Shown here: piece by piece, positions 24,967 to 40,197 of the stretch
Position numbering within the stretch: the first letter of the stretch is position 1
Layout of the letters: the number at the start of each line of letters is the position of its first letter
Source of the DNA: Chrysomallon squamiferum
Lineage: Eukaryota; Animalia; Mollusca
DNA: 64,000 nucleotides
Assembly: GCA_012295275.1 (NCBI GenBank)
Contig: CM022672.1
Span: forward strand, 23,312,001 to 23,376,000
Reading direction: 5' to 3'
Notes under the pieces: generated by a model
What the model saw: only the letters and a program-made list of their open reading frames with translations
The model's database searches: none
Told to the model about the DNA's origin: nothing
Translations under genes and position numbers: made by a program

Positions 24967-24969
<3 letters not shown>

Positions 24970-26849
24970 TAACAAGAAGGACAACTAATGTGACTAGTAT
25001 TCTGACTCATTTGTAAGCGAAGAACAACAAGGGAAGTGCTATTGTCTGTTTTTTAAATAACAATTACAGCTTAGGTTTTCTGCCAAAAAGTATACTGATA
25101 GGGGGAAAAAAGTCAACAAAAAAGACTCATAGAGAATTGGTAATTCATCATCACGAAATTCAAGTCCACCTCCTACACGAGTTATCTGAAATTTCGTATA
25201 GGAACAAAGCTGAGAAAAACTGCTTCACCCGCCATATTCTCCCGACGTTTTTGCTTCTGACTATCATTCGTTTAGTCTTTACAAAACAGTTTAGATGGGC
25301 TTAGATATTTCAGGTCATCTTAATTGTTTGTTTTTTTTTGTTTTTTTTTTGAGAGATGGAATTAGGTTATCGAAAGCATTTGAAAATATATTGATGAATA
25401 AACACATCTATAGTCCTGTTTATTTAGTTTTTATAAATTCATTTGAAAATCACGTTTGTCAAACACAGGAGGATTTTAGAGCAATAAATAAATAAACAAA
25501 CAAACAAACAAACAAACAAACAAATAAATAAATAAATATATTAAAAAAGAATAAATAAATAATAAAATTTTTAAAAATCAGACTGATAAAATTATGTAAC
25601 TATATTATAACATTATTCTAAAGCATATCGTGTAAATAAATCTTTTTCCATGGCAGTTTAATATAAAATTATACAAATAACGAAATGGGTTAAAGAAAAT
25701 ATGTTACGGTGGCTGCCATGTTTGCTTAACTAAAAACCATAAATGATAAACTTTAATTGTTTAACAACATCATGATATGTCAGTGACGTATTTTATAATT
25801 ATTTGTCACGAAAACATTGCTGTCAAAATACATAAAATAGCAAACTACTGCAAATGCCTCATCAGCCACGATTTAGCCAAAAACATTATATAATGCTCTA
25901 TATATAAAATAGAAGAAGAAGTAAAAAAGAAAATCAGATATTATCGTTGGTGACTCGGTTTACTAATAAATGAAAGTATCATGTAAAACTTTGATCAACA
26001 GTTTTGGAATATTCACCCATGTAAATGGTTATTAGGTTCGTTACTAAATTCAGATGCTGATTGTTGACCTTTACGTATGATTGTAATTGTAGGTTGTTTG
26101 TGGTTGCATTTATTTGCGCAAGAACAGATCAGGACTATTTAAAAAAAGAATAGAAAAAACCAAAAAAAACAAAAAAACAAACAGTATATTTGCTGAAAAA
26201 ATTCGTATTATTGCGTCTGGATTATTTATAACTGGCAAGTTCAGTTTTTCAAAAGTCTCTATAGTTACAGCTCAATATTGAGAATACTGAGACTTCTAAT
26301 ACAGCCTTTCAGAAGTGACAGATCACGAAACTAGAAAACGAAATCGAGGAATGGGGGAGATGAGTCTCGAGACCTCTAAATCTACCACTGGATTGTACAT
26401 GTAGGCGGTCTAATATAACTGACACTCCATCTGCTGTGTTGTTTTTCGCCTGGATGATAAGTGACTGCAGATGTTGGCAATAAATTGTTGCCTCAAACAC
26501 ATCTTATTTAATATAAACAGAAATGGGTAGACATTCTTGCTAAATGTACGGTTAAGAATGAAAGATTTCGAATATTACTATTTATATGATGTAATATCAT
26601 CTTTATACAATTTAATGAGCATAAAAGCTACTACGGTTATTATTAAAATAATTTTTCTTTTTTCATAAGAAACAGAGAAAAAGAAGACAAGAGGAAACAA
26701 AAGAAAGAAGAAAAATATAGATAAATAAGGAGGAGAGACAGAGAAAAAGCGTTAATCAAAGAGTGAGTTGATGGCAGAGTCCTATAAATCTAAGTGAGAG
26801 AGAGATATAAACGAAAGCAGAGATACAACAATCAAAAATGATGAAATCG

Positions 26850-27399
26850 AGGCGTCTCTGTTGTGTTGTGTTCGTGTTTTGTGCAGTATTTTGCCAAATT
26901 TCTTTTTACTGACCATGGATCGTAATAGTGAGTGCAAAGTTAGTTCTGAGAAGAAGAGGCGGATGATGTCCATTGAATTAAAACATGAAATCATAGAAAA
27001 ACATGAGCGAGGTGTGCATATAATCGACTTGGCATGGCAATACCAGCGTAGTACGTCAAAAATATGTACCATACTGAACGAGAAGGATTCACCAAAGGCT
27101 GTAACTCACGCAAAGGCGTTAAAATAATTTGTCTAATCTCCAAGATAAATACACTTTACAAAACCAATTTATATCTTTACATTCTCTTATATTTTGTTTT
27201 TATACAATATTGTCATTTCTAAATACATTTTTCTTATTTAAAAACACATTACAAAAAATTGGGGTGGTTTTGGGGACTGGAACGGATTAATGGTATTTCA
27301 GTTAATTTCAGTTGGAAAAATTCTATTGATATACGAGCAAATTGAGTTACGCACTCGGTCATGGAACGAATTAAGCTCGTAAGTCAAGAAACCATTGTA
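26850..27399 (+). mobile_element. Internally deleted Tigger/pogo (Tc1-mariner superfamily) DNA transposon remnant
   Basis: ORF 26861-27127 encodes KKRRMMSIELKHEIIEKHERGVHIIDLAWQYQRSTSKICTIL, the N-terminal CENP-B/psq-type HTH of Tigger transposases. A Tigger-like right end (...GAACGAATTAAGCTCGTAAGTCAAGAAACCATTG) ends at 27397, followed by TA and a (TA)n run. No DDE domain and no clear left TIR. Confidence 0.8.
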
Positions 27400-29400
27400 T
27401 ATATATATATATAAAACCAGGAAGAGTTAGTTAAAGACAGATAAACCTTGATGAAGAAACAAAGACTGAAATAGAAAGATAAAAACAAACTACAATATTC
27501 TTTTTTTCTTTTCTATCTTTTAAACACACACACACATACACACAAAGAAAAAACACAAACAAAAACAAAACAAAAAACTACAAAAGAACACACAGCAAAA
27601 CAAACAAATCAAACGGTTCATATAAAGAGTGCTATCTTTCGTGAACAGTATTATCTGTGATAGTAATTAACATATTGTGTTACGTAATGTTTAGAGCTAT
27701 TCTGTTTACAGAAACTAAGTAGGAGGAATAATAAATAATTCATTGTTATGATCGTACAATGACATTTTCCATTTTACGTGATGATGTATTAGGTATCAGT
27801 TAACTGTTTATTTTAATTTTTATTTTAAATGTTAAGCGATATAAAAATGTACAGAGGTGACTTAATAGACATCATCATATAGCATAAATGATTCTAAAGG
27901 ACACATTCTAATATCTGCGACGGACACGCCCGCTGACCTGTCAGAAATCGTGCCCGTCGCAGACGTGCTTCACAACAGCTTGCTCTGATTAGCACGTTAA
28001 TTTTTTTCCATTCCATTCCATTCTAATAAATATTTTGAAATGAATTATTTAATAATGTAATTCAAAGAAAATAAAAATACGATTAACTATTTAAGCACAT
28101 TACTAATAGTGTTATATCATATTAATATCAGTGACATGTTTAAACATGTTAGGTAATGTCGTACGTGCTTAAAACTATTACATAAGGTAAAATACCGCGC
28201 CACAAATATGCACAAATAAAAAGAAAAAATAATAAAAAGACAAAGTTAGTTTAACAAGAAGGCTATGTTTTTGGAATGGAAATAAAATCTGTTATCATTG
28301 ATAATTAGCATTCAGTGTTAAAATTAATTTTTGATATTTTTCAGCGAATCTTGCTGGTCAGATATTTTTCTTATTTTCAAATATATATTCACACACACAC
28401 ATACATGCACATTCACACACACACACACACACACGCACGTACCCCCCCACACACACACATATACACACACACTCCACGGAGAGGCTGATACACGTTCACT
28501 CTGAAAAGCAAAAACGGGCAGTAAAAAACAAAGATTAAAAAAATATATATCATATGGAAAAACAACAAAAGAAGATTACAAAAATACTAACGACAAACCA
28601 TTCAGAAAAAATAAAAATGCACGTAACACATAATTATTTCAGTGTTAATCAGTTGTGAACGATCTCAACCTACACACAGGTCAGTTAACTAAGAAACACG
28701 TAAGAGAAAGGCCAGTCTTAAGACCATTCACTATCATAATAAACTACCAATTACTGTCGACACTGTAAATGTTAAGTACGCCTATAGCCGCGTTGTACCG
28801 ATATCGCTTGAGACAAATAAGTTAATTCGCGTAACCATCTGACGCTTTTTTTATTTCTTTTTAGAATGACAGAAATCGAAAACTGTCAGTGTTTATAGCA
28901 CGTCGTGGGGAGATTATTTGAATGTACAACGTCTAGTAAGATTAATCAGGAAAATAAATGACAAGTAAATTCTACTGTAATAAGATATAAATCTTGACAA
29001 GTAAGATATTTAAGAAAAAAAAAAGAAAAAAAAAACAACACTGTCTAAGTCCTCTGCTGTTAAACTATTGGCTGACCGAAAGCCGGAGGAAAGCAAAAAC
29101 GAAGATAAATACACGGTTGGACACTCAGCTGTAGTAAACCACTTATCAAACTAAGCAGTTCATGCAAATAACAGTTCTAGTCTAGTTTCCACTCCTTACG
29201 CTCTGATCTGTTTTGCACGGTCTTAACTCTTATCAAGTGTAACGAGAATCCCAATGTCCACCCACCCCCTCTGGCCGAGAACGTGACTGACACAGGCTTG
29301 TTTCACAACAGCTTGCTCTGATTACAACCTTAACTCTTCACTCACTCTGGTTTCTTATTGTATAACGACTTGATGATTCAAACCGATATTGCTATTTCCC

Positions 29401-29405
<5 letters not shown>

Positions 29406-29487
<82 letters not shown>
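29406..29487. repeat. (TC)n microsatellite
   Basis: Pure TC run. Confidence 0.97.
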
Positions 29488-29490
<3 letters not shown>

Positions 29491-30648
29491 AGATACTAGA
29501 AAAGAAGAAAGAGGTCAAACACCTTTAAAATAATGGTAAACTCTAAATCTATGTGGACTTATTATTAGTCACCTCGTTATACATTACGTTATGCATTTAC
29601 ATTTAACGAGTTTTGCAGTTTTCATATTACGTAGCTGAAAAGAAGGGTGCTTTGCAGTTAACTTCAGTAGTGTCGTAATTCGTCGTTATCGCATGTCTCA
29701 GTATCGCACCAAAGTCTGAAATGTGATCAGAACATTAACCTATACCAGTAAGGAATAGTTTATTCGGTGCTGGTAGAGATACGTGGACAAACATCTTCCA
29801 GTAACCTTTAAGACAGTTACGAAACTGTACGAGATATCTCTTCCATCATGTACGCAATTCCGAACGTTAATCATACCTATATTAATCATACCTTCAAAAT
29901 GTAAAATATATACATTACTTTCTAAAACTACTGAGATTTTAAAATAATATTTCGACCTTTTTCAGACAACAAAAATTAAGTATAAAAGCAACTCACACAT
30001 ATACTCTGTTATTTAGTATATCCATTTTGTTTCTACTCACTTAAACCCACAAACCTATCAGGTGCGAGTGAACAGAGAAACATTTATATATATACACACC
30101 CGCCCATATAAATGTACGCATGCAGACTCGGTTTTATTTTTCTGAAACATAAGAATGTAAAAAGAATCTTTAACGACATATATGTTTTTGGAAATTAATT
30201 AATTTTTTTCTTTCTGTTTTTTTTTTTTTTTTTTATGCTTTGGTTTGTATTTCTATAAGACTGTGAAAGTATATAGATTGTATGATGTATATAATTAATG
30301 TAATAAAACGTGTGTGATTTAATCTATCTCTTAATCCAGTCTAACTCATCGATCCATTACTTTTTTTTTCATTCTAATTTAGATAAGATGAGAAGTCTTT
30401 GACCTTCTATCTAATACGAGTTAAGCATCAGATAGCAACTTGTACATTAGATATTCATCTTGACACTCTGATTGATAACACAGTATCGAGTAGTTTGTCA
30501 TTTATTAATGTCAGTGTGCTTTTAATAACGCTGCAGGAGATTGGTAGCAACTTGAGTACTTTCTAACGGCGAAAAAAACACATGCTAAATGTGGTGATGG
30601 TGTTGATGGCATGATTTTGATAATGATGATGTCGATGACGATAATCAA

Positions 30649-30649
<1 letters not shown>

Positions 30650-30693
<44 letters not shown>

Positions 30694-30728
30694 TAATAAT
30701 AATAATAATAATAACAACAACAACAACA
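30650..30728. repeat. (AAT)n/(AAC)n compound microsatellite
   Basis: Trinucleotide runs. Confidence 0.95.
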
Positions 30729-33700
30729 GTCATGATCATGGCTGTGGTGCTTATGAATACTTTTATATGTTTGAAAATCTTAAATTATAATCATTTGATA
30801 TAGTCTCTGAAAGATTTAAAAAATGAAGAAAAAAAAAAAAAGTTAAAGCTTATATTCATATTCATATTAGAGAGTAAATAGCAGATCTGGAATGTTTTAA
30901 AGGGGAATCCGAAAATTATTGTTGTCATATGAGTATGGTTTGAACGATTCTGTATATTTATTTATCTGAATGTCTTATTTTCTATCTATAAAGGGAACAA
31001 AAAGAAAGAAATATATATATACTTCTGTGTTTAAAAAAGGTATATGACGTCTCAATGGTTAGGGCATAGGAATAAAATTTGTCATCAGTTGTCATCAGCA
31101 CGCCCTCGGTTTATTTCACGTTCTAACCAGTGTCCTATGACTGGTTTAGAAAACGTCTTATATGAACATTTTTGGTTATTGAGAAGGAGCAAATAAAAAA
31201 AACCTCTTGCTGTATTAACCTAAAATGAGGATCCCATCGGCTTTCGTCTCACAATGTTCCTAATTATATCACCAAAGCTCTTCCTTCCTACCTTGAAATT
31301 ATTTGAAAATTGTACATATATTTTTTCCCCAAAATAACACTTTAACATACTACTAACTGTTTGAAAAAAACTAAAGGTATGATTTCTTCACGATCGAACG
31401 AGGTGCTTAAACCTTCATCTGATGTAAGGCTTTTTCATATAATGATGTATCACTGACCGAGTCGTTTTTTTTAACAGGGACGTATTTTTATTTAAGTTGA
31501 TGATCCACTATCTGAATCAAAATAACTACAGCCTCGCGTCAGTAAAGTACGTCACTTGAAATGTGATGGGAATTGACGTGGATTTGAATCGATAAAATTG
31601 ACACACACATACTTGTATAATTGATAGGAAATTTAATGGAAATCATAATTGTGTATTTACGTAGACTTCAGATAGTAAGTGACGTCGATTTGTATGAAAT
31701 AAATCACGTATCGACTGAGAAAAATTAATACCCCGTAAATGTCTAATTGTTTAGAATGTTATTTCTGTATTCAGACTGAATAGTACCTAAATGACATAGA
31801 TTTATATCAAATAAATTACTAATTGCACACAAAGCGGAAAAAAGTAATAGTCCGAAACTGTTGAATTACGACAGAGTGTTATTTTTGAATAAAAACTGAA
31901 CAGTGATATGGAAGGACGCGGATTTAAGGTCAAAATCAGATCATAGACATCTATGCAATGAAAGAAACAGACCGAAACAGCGATGTGCAAAGTAAAGGAA
32001 ATTCCAAAAAAAAAAAAAAAAAAAATTTTTTTTTAAAATGTATCATGTTGAATTACTAAATACTCACATAATAAATGACTAATTCGACACCGCTGATCTC
32101 ATTATTTTCAAATAAAATCTTTACCGTCGTAACTTTATATTAAATGTAGTATCACAATGGTATTGATTTTGAATAACCCACTGTTAATAGGATTGCTGGA
32201 GATTAAGGGTTGTCAATTTTGTGCGAATTTCGTAGATATTGGCCCCTTTCACAAATGTATTTTTTTCCTACTTTTTCAGTTCCTTTTCAATTAATTTCGA
32301 TTCATTTTTTTTTTTATTCATTTTTTACTGGAACTTCTATTTACTTTATGCCATTGCTATCTAAAAATTTAATAATGGTATCTTCAATACTATAGTTAAA
32401 ACCTTGTTACCACATTATTCCTGTTTGTGTCTTAAAGTCAGAGGTCTAGTCACAGGTCGCCATGACATCATGTAGCAGCATGGACTTTTTCTGATGCTGG
32501 TGGTTATCCGATTATAATATTTATGGCCTCCAAAGTTAACGGAGAGTGGTCTCGTTATACACGAGCAATTCCTTAAACAGGGAGGGTATCATTATATACG
32601 TTAGCATTTTACAAGCTGGACATTATATTTTACCGAGAACATGTTTTATCCATAATTAAACACTACATTGATTGTTATTTCAGTTTGAATCAGATAGTGC
32701 TTAACTTCTGCTGAATAATAAATTTAAATTTTCATTTTTCTAATCTTTGCTTCAGCTGACTTTAGGACCTTACTAAATCATCTGATAAATATGTACACTG
32801 GACTAGAAATGATACAAAAGCAACATTTACTGGAATAATCAAAACATTCAACGCCGGACAACACAAAATAATAAAGGAACGAACATAACAGATCTAACTG
32901 CATGAATGGTTTCAAATAATGAAATCAATTATAGCATGTGTTTTTCGTTTTAAAAAGAAATATTTTCAGAATTTTAATGTAACGAAACAAATTACATTTG
33001 TTTGTTTTCTTCTACAGATTCAGTGATGTGTACAGCTCTCATTTATTTCCAATAATGTAATTTCTTTGTACACGATTTAATCATTATGGCAAACTGCGCA
33101 TCAAAGTGTTTGTATTATAAAGTTGTAATCCGGGTTTTAATCTTTATAATAAATACCGCTACCAAGTGTTGACATTTCAAACCTAATTTTTGTTTTGTTT
33201 GCTCATATATAATAAAATAATTTTTTTCACGTTTTTATAAACCTTAATCTGTAACTTTTTTTCTGTTATATGAAAAATAAATGCCCCTTTAAAGACATCG
33301 CTTGATATTTTAAAATCTTTTTTCTGTAAATTAAAAGGTTTTTAAAACAACAAAAAACTGCATCGTAATGAAGACTAATGATGAATATTATAATGCTGCT
33401 GATGACAAAACAGTCATAGTAATAATGATTATAACAGTGATAATCATATGATGATGATGAAGATGATGCAGATGATAATAATAATAATAAAAATAGGGCG
33501 AACTGAAGATTGGTTTGCGGTTACATCTTGTGGAGAGGCAATAACTGTTTAATATCCTTTTCTCTAGAAAGTGAAAACAGCTTCGCAAATAACTAACGGT
33601 TTTAAGATACCCATGAAATCTATAAAAAGTAAGTAGTTTATTCCTTCGAGAAATAAAAATTTCATTACCAAATTATATTAGCTTTATTATACTGAAAAAC

Positions 33701-36700
33701 TTAATAAAAGAAAGAAAAAATGTTCCGTTGGAACACGTATTTATCAGGATGTATCGCGGAACCAAATATACTTCAGGTCAACGCTCTACTCCTTAAATAT
33801 AGTTCAGTTTTTAGTATCCACTAGTTCCTTATGTCATTAGATAATGGAATAAGGCTAAAAATCCTCTAGGAAAAAAATGCACTGCATATAAACCCAATCG
33901 GACATAAAACCCTATGGATACCGGACAAACACGCCACAGAATCAAAATTCCCTTCCAGTAAAAAGTAAAAGAGAACCTGTATAAATTTTCAGTAATCTTC
34001 TTAAAAAAATACACTATTTAACATCACTTGGCAGTGAATATAAAAACAACTTAACACTTAGCTGGGATTTAGCACTGTTTTATATTCCCACTGGTAGTGT
34101 TTGCTGAAAATTTAATACAATTCAAAAACGGTCTTTGAAATATCACAATTTACATACAAACATGTCTTTGAAACGTATATTCCTACTGACGACTGACTTT
34201 CATCAGACTGATTTTGAATATCTTTTACACTTTCGAGAATAATAAATGAGCATAACTACACTAAATCACACACTTGGTTTCCCTCTAATTTTCTTAAATT
34301 TGAGATTTATCACAGAACATTGTATTGTTCAGTGAAAAAAAATTGTGAAGATGAATGAAAATAACACTACTTTTCCATGACTGAATTAAAAAAAAAAAAA
34401 ATTCCTTTACTTTTAGTGCAGAAGCTTTTAGATTATAATGGAAATTACACACAGAAATAAAGGTGAAGAAAAGATATGTTATCGTAGCTATAATTATGTT
34501 CACCAAGAAATCGACGTTCTCTTCAACAGAACACTGGCAACGTTTATAGAAAGCAGCTCTGCAGTTTTGAATGTCCAAAATATAATTTCCACCATAAACC
34601 AAAGCCATACAAGATACATTTTCAATGGAGGCAACAAAAGTTCGACAGACTATAAAAGAACGTGTAATTATCAACAAACGAAGTTGATTTGAACGAAACC
34701 AATATAAATTATAAGAAAGTTAAATTACATTCTTTTATGTTTCTTAAATCAAACGAATAAAAATTACAGACATACGTAAATCAGGCAAACACCACCAAGA
34801 GCAATATAAATATTAATTAAACCCCACAGCCTGTTTTACATTTTCTTTCCGGGCATCATTTTCACCGCAAGATCATTAGCGCCAATTAAACGTAGCAAAT
34901 TAGCTCTATGGGAATAATTACTTCGTTTTTGGTACTGAGTTGAATTTTATTCCAGAGGGAAATTTAAAAACTTGAATATTTTAACCCTGGTGCAGTAGTC
35001 AGACCTATTTTTGTCTTGTTTCAAAGAAAAGTTACAGAACATTTTCACAGGTACTAATTTGGAACGTCTGGCTGCAGCCATATGTAATAATGTGAAGCAT
35101 CTTGAACGTCTTGAAACTGGGAGTAATTTCCTAACATAATTAATTTATCGATAAACCTAAGCAACTGTTAGCAATGATACTTAATAACTGTTTAACAAAC
35201 TACACATTTCAAAGTGTCGTGAAACAGAAACGTTACTTTTGTCAAATCTATTATTATTATTATTACTATTATTAATTTTTGTGCTTAATACCAAACGTAG
35301 ATTCATTTACAGTACTTTTAACAAAATCATAGTACGTTTCAGTCATAGTAGCGGGCTATTAGTTCTTCGAGAAACGGTAGGAAATTTCTGTTATTTCTTT
35401 CTAAGCATTAACAGTCATGTTATAAGACCATCGTACTCTAAACAAATTACATCACTCGACCAACGAGGCAACTCTATAATAGCTGATCAACAACCTAAGT
35501 ACACCGTTCCTTGTCTTCGTAACTTTTTGTGTGCATTTATTTTTTGATGCATATTCTGTTATTTTATGTCTGATTAGAATTTGTGTTTATATTTACATTT
35601 TATGAATAGATAAGTGTGTGTGTGTATACATGTATGTTTGTATGTGTATGTAAGTATGTATGCATGCAAGCATGTATCTCTGTTTGTGTGTGTATAAGTG
35701 TACGTGCATGAAAATATGGATATAAGATCTGTGTAAGTGCTCTGTTATCACAGTAAACGTCCCGTGTTGTGTTTACCGGTAAGTCGAAACGTTCAAGTTT
35801 ATAAAGACCTGCAACTAGAAATATATAGAACCTTTCCCTTAAACCAAAATTAAAACAAAAAAATTCCAGTAATAAAACCAACCAAACAATTAAAAAAAAG
35901 ATATATATATATATATATATAATAGATAAATAAACAAAAAAACGAAAGATCTTTTAAAAATAATTTATAAATACTTATAATAAATATATCTGCAACACTG
36001 TTACACCAGAGCATTGACTGACGTCTACTATTTAACTATTTAGAAAATATTAACTGGCATTATGGTAGTATTAAAAATACTTTATAATTACAAGATAGAT
36101 ACTCATGTTGAGAAATAATTACAACAATTACTAAATATGATATTTGTGTTTCAATTTAATGTCCTTTGCATTTTTTTTTTTATTTCTTTTTTCATAACCA
36201 TGCATGTCTTACATTAATCGTTGGTTCATTTTCTATGTTTTAATATTTGACATTTACATTTTGTTTTTACCATACTGTTTCGTGCCTGATTCCAGTTCGT
36301 TCTTTAAAGTGATGTACGCCATTTGTTTTAATTTAATATTATTCGACATTGCATTAATTGAATTACTTTTTGAATTTTAAATATGTCAAGTTCTTTTCTT
36401 TGATTTAGCAATGACATTGATCCGAAGAAATGGATATATACCTTTTTCCTTTTATGATATCCTCATCATCGTCATGTTCATCATTAACAACAGAGCTATT
36501 TCTGCTTCTGTTATTGATGATGATGATGAAAAATGTTTCAACTAAATTACAGATACACATACAGCCTATCTTCCTCATTTGTTCATTATTTACAAATAAT
36601 GAACAAATGAGACAAAGACACGAATAAGAAGATAAAAGAGAAACAGTTGAAGAAAAAAAAATAAGGAAAAAAACAAAAATAAAAATGAAAGCACTAATGA

Positions 36701-38303
36701 GTTGTAGGATTCGAAGTTTTTGTTGCTTTACGAAATATTTCTAATTTTGGTTTGTTCTGGGTATTAAATTAATCAGTATTTCTTGATACTCAAACAAAAT
36801 ACTTCATGAATATTAATGAAATTTCAAATTAGATGAAAAACGTTAGGTATCATCAAACGGCCGTCACCATACAAACAAATATTTCCGTGACTATAATAAA
36901 AAATAGCTTAAAAAATAGCTTAGTAATAAAACAGTGATTATAATACTGACGACGACGATGATGAGGACGATAATAATAATAATAATAATAAGATCATGAA
37001 GAAGAAGAAGAAGAAGAAGAAGAAAAACAAGAAATAAAGAAAGATACAAAAGAAAGTGCAATAATAATAATAAAATAAAATTTAAAAAACATATGTTATA
37101 TATCTTTGAGCATGGACAGATGTATACATACTATTGTTAACGAAACACAGATCGTGACTTAGCTGCTTTAAGAGAAAAACCCCTGTCATCGTTAGCCTGC
37201 CAATGTCTGGTTTTGCTGAAGCGCACGGTGATTAATGGTAGGTTGTGAGCTTTCCGATCATCAAAAGTCAAATGAGCATGGGTAGAAAATGCAATTTGAA
37301 ACATTTGGAACATCTGCGCGCAGTTAAGCCTTGCCAAGTGTGCATTTATCTCTGTTAAAACGGTGATAAAATATTTTTTAACGAGGCTCGAAACGGATGG
37401 ACAAAACAATATTTTGAAGGAGAACTGTTGATTGTTTGTTCAAGTTTGCAAGCTGTGTTTTCTCTCAGTGAGAGTGGGCGGAACGCCGCTTAGTGGCTAT
37501 CACATGATGGGTCGCAGGTTCAATGCTCTACACCTTTTTCCCCTGGGTTATCTTAGTCTGTTTGTATGTGTGTGTCTCTTTAGTCGTTTGGTTGCATATA
37601 CCCAAAAGACAAAAGAAAGATATAAATAAGATGTGATATCATGCAAAATAATAATAATAATAATAAAAAAAATCTAACTACTAAATAAATTGACTATTTG
37701 CATAAAATGGCCTTTTTGATACGGAAGCACGTATGAAGGCTTTGGTAAACTATTTGTGGAACATTTTTACGTGAAATAAAACAGCGGGAACACCGTGCAG
37801 AACTAATCCTCAACCAATTACGCCTCGGGCGGGAATTTGCCGAGGTGTGAGAAAATATGTATGTAGATGGACTAATGCAGCAAAGAGAAGCCAACGGATT
37901 AGCGCTAGCGTTTCATAATCTTAACAATCAATAATTATTAATATTTAAATTTGTATTGCATGAAACCCGTATATACAACAGTTAATGTCTGCATGTGTAT
38001 ATATTTTGGTGTATGTATATATATATATATGTAAAAATGTAAGTAACAAAATGTGGAATCCTGTGTTTATAGCGTTCAGAAGGAACTGGCCACAGCTGTT
38101 AATGATAGTTTGATTCCAGACGTAAGTGCTCTGCTGCGGTTTGGTAAGGTGACAGATTTCAAATTACATGAAAGCCAGCCACCAGATGACGAGATATGCT
38201 CGTCTACTATCGATTCTTGTGTGTTCAGTTTTAGCAGTTCTGTAAGACGACAACACTGGAAAGCCTGTAGTCTTAATCAGTTTTATATACGTGTCCTTAA
38301 TCC

Positions 38304-38329
38304 ATTATTATTATTATTATTATTATTGT

Positions 38330-38425
<96 letters not shown>
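38304..38425. repeat. (ATT)n-(GTT)n compound microsatellite
   Basis: Trinucleotide runs. They explain the poly-Leu/poly-Val ORF. Confidence 0.97.
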
Positions 38426-38426
<1 letters not shown>

Positions 38427-39519
38427 CTCTAATCACTAATCAAAAGAAAAGTTAATTTCTATTATAACAGGCTTCTTACAACTTTCAGCATTTAAAACTC
38501 TAAACGATTTTACAGCTAAAATTACTTTAAATGTTACTTAAGTTTATGAACTGTTAAATCGTTGGGTAGAGAATGAATGAAAAAAAAATTAGAACTTGAG
38601 TAAGTAAAAAGTAAAATTTGTCATGACATGAAAGCATTATATTATACTGAATATTTTTATCAATTGTTTTTGTAATCCTGATATTATGTCCAGGGGAAAA
38701 GCTATTACATTTTCCATTAGCCGCAAATTATCTTGCATAGACATCATCCAAAAGATAGGAAAGTAGTTAGCTGTAAACAGATGTGGGTTACTGACTGGTA
38801 ATATGAAATCATAACAAGGTAATAATACTCGTAAGTGTATTTAAATGCATTTTAAATAATATTTTGGATCTTATTAGTGTCTTTATTTACAATCTTCAAA
38901 CAACTCACAGATGTTAGAAATATCTGTACCATCGTCATTTCTGTTCATTTTTTAAAAATCCCTTTAAAAATCGAACAAAACAAATAATCTGTCTGATCTG
39001 GGATTTTTTTCTAAACTTAGTAAACGGAAATAGCACTTTACTTCATTTTCTTATGACAGACACTCTTCACCGCCTCTTCCTCTTCTGTGGATGCGAAAAT
39101 TGCCTTATTTAGAGGCTTTTAAACACCCAACACTGTATGCACTTACAAGTTTATTATGTTATCGCTAAGGGCAGTGTTTACATCACGTATCTACATAACA
39201 GCCACTGCTTCCATGTCTCATCTGGAAGAACTAAATAAATCGATCATCTTAAAAATGGATTAAAGTGCGGTTTCTGTTTAATTCTGATTGCTAATCAAAC
39301 AAACACGGCGTTACTCGATTGAACCATGCTCACATCTGCTTGTAGAAAATGAATTTTGTGATAATTTTGTGCTGTAGTACATGTTTCATCAGGACTTGAC
39401 AGTCTCTGTCTTTTGAAGTAGCCAGGAATATGGAACAAACAACATCCTTTGGTTTACGATGAGAGAGAGACTTAGAATAAAGGGAGGTAGATAGGCAGAT
39501 AGACATACATACATACTGT

Positions 39520-39700
<181 letters not shown>

Positions 39701-39784
39701 GTTTATAAATTAGTTTACAGACGTATTAATAGGGATAAGGTCATGCACAGTAATTTACAGCATTTAAGACAAATCATAAACGTG

Positions 39785-40015
39785 CTGAAAATAAATAGCA
39801 TTTAATTACATAAAAGATAAAACATTCTTTTACAGAAAAGTACTAGTATTTAATAATTCAACAGAAAACATTGTACTCCAGAAAATAAATAGTTTTTATA
39901 ATACAAGACAAACCATTCTAGTACTGAAAATAAATATAATATTTAATAATACAAGACAAACCATTCTAGTACTACCGAAAATAAACAGTGTTTAATTATA
40001 CAACAGAGAAAACTG
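39785..40015. repeat. Degenerate minisatellite, about 5 copies of a ~45-48 bp unit
   Basis: Recurrent GAAAATAAATAG...TAATACAAGACAAACCATTCTAGTACT unit. Two copies share ATAATACAAGACAAACCATTCTAGTACT exactly. Confidence 0.75.
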
Positions 40016-40141
40016 TTTGCCACGACTCTAAATAACATTCATACAGATTAGTTACAAGATGTAGTCTTTTGGCACCTTTCAGTAGGGGAGAACACACCAA
40101 AGCATCACGTTTGGCAAAACTCAGGAAGACTAATAATGCCA

Positions 40142-40197
<56 letters not shown>

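Noticed and set aside
34438-34692. 84-aa ORF with a non-repetitive look
   Set aside because: No recognisable domain and no flanking exon chain. At best it is decayed transposon sequence.
39785-40015. CRISPR-like repeat array
   Set aside because: Eukaryotic context, whole units are homologous with no unique spacers, and no cas genes. It is an ordinary minisatellite.
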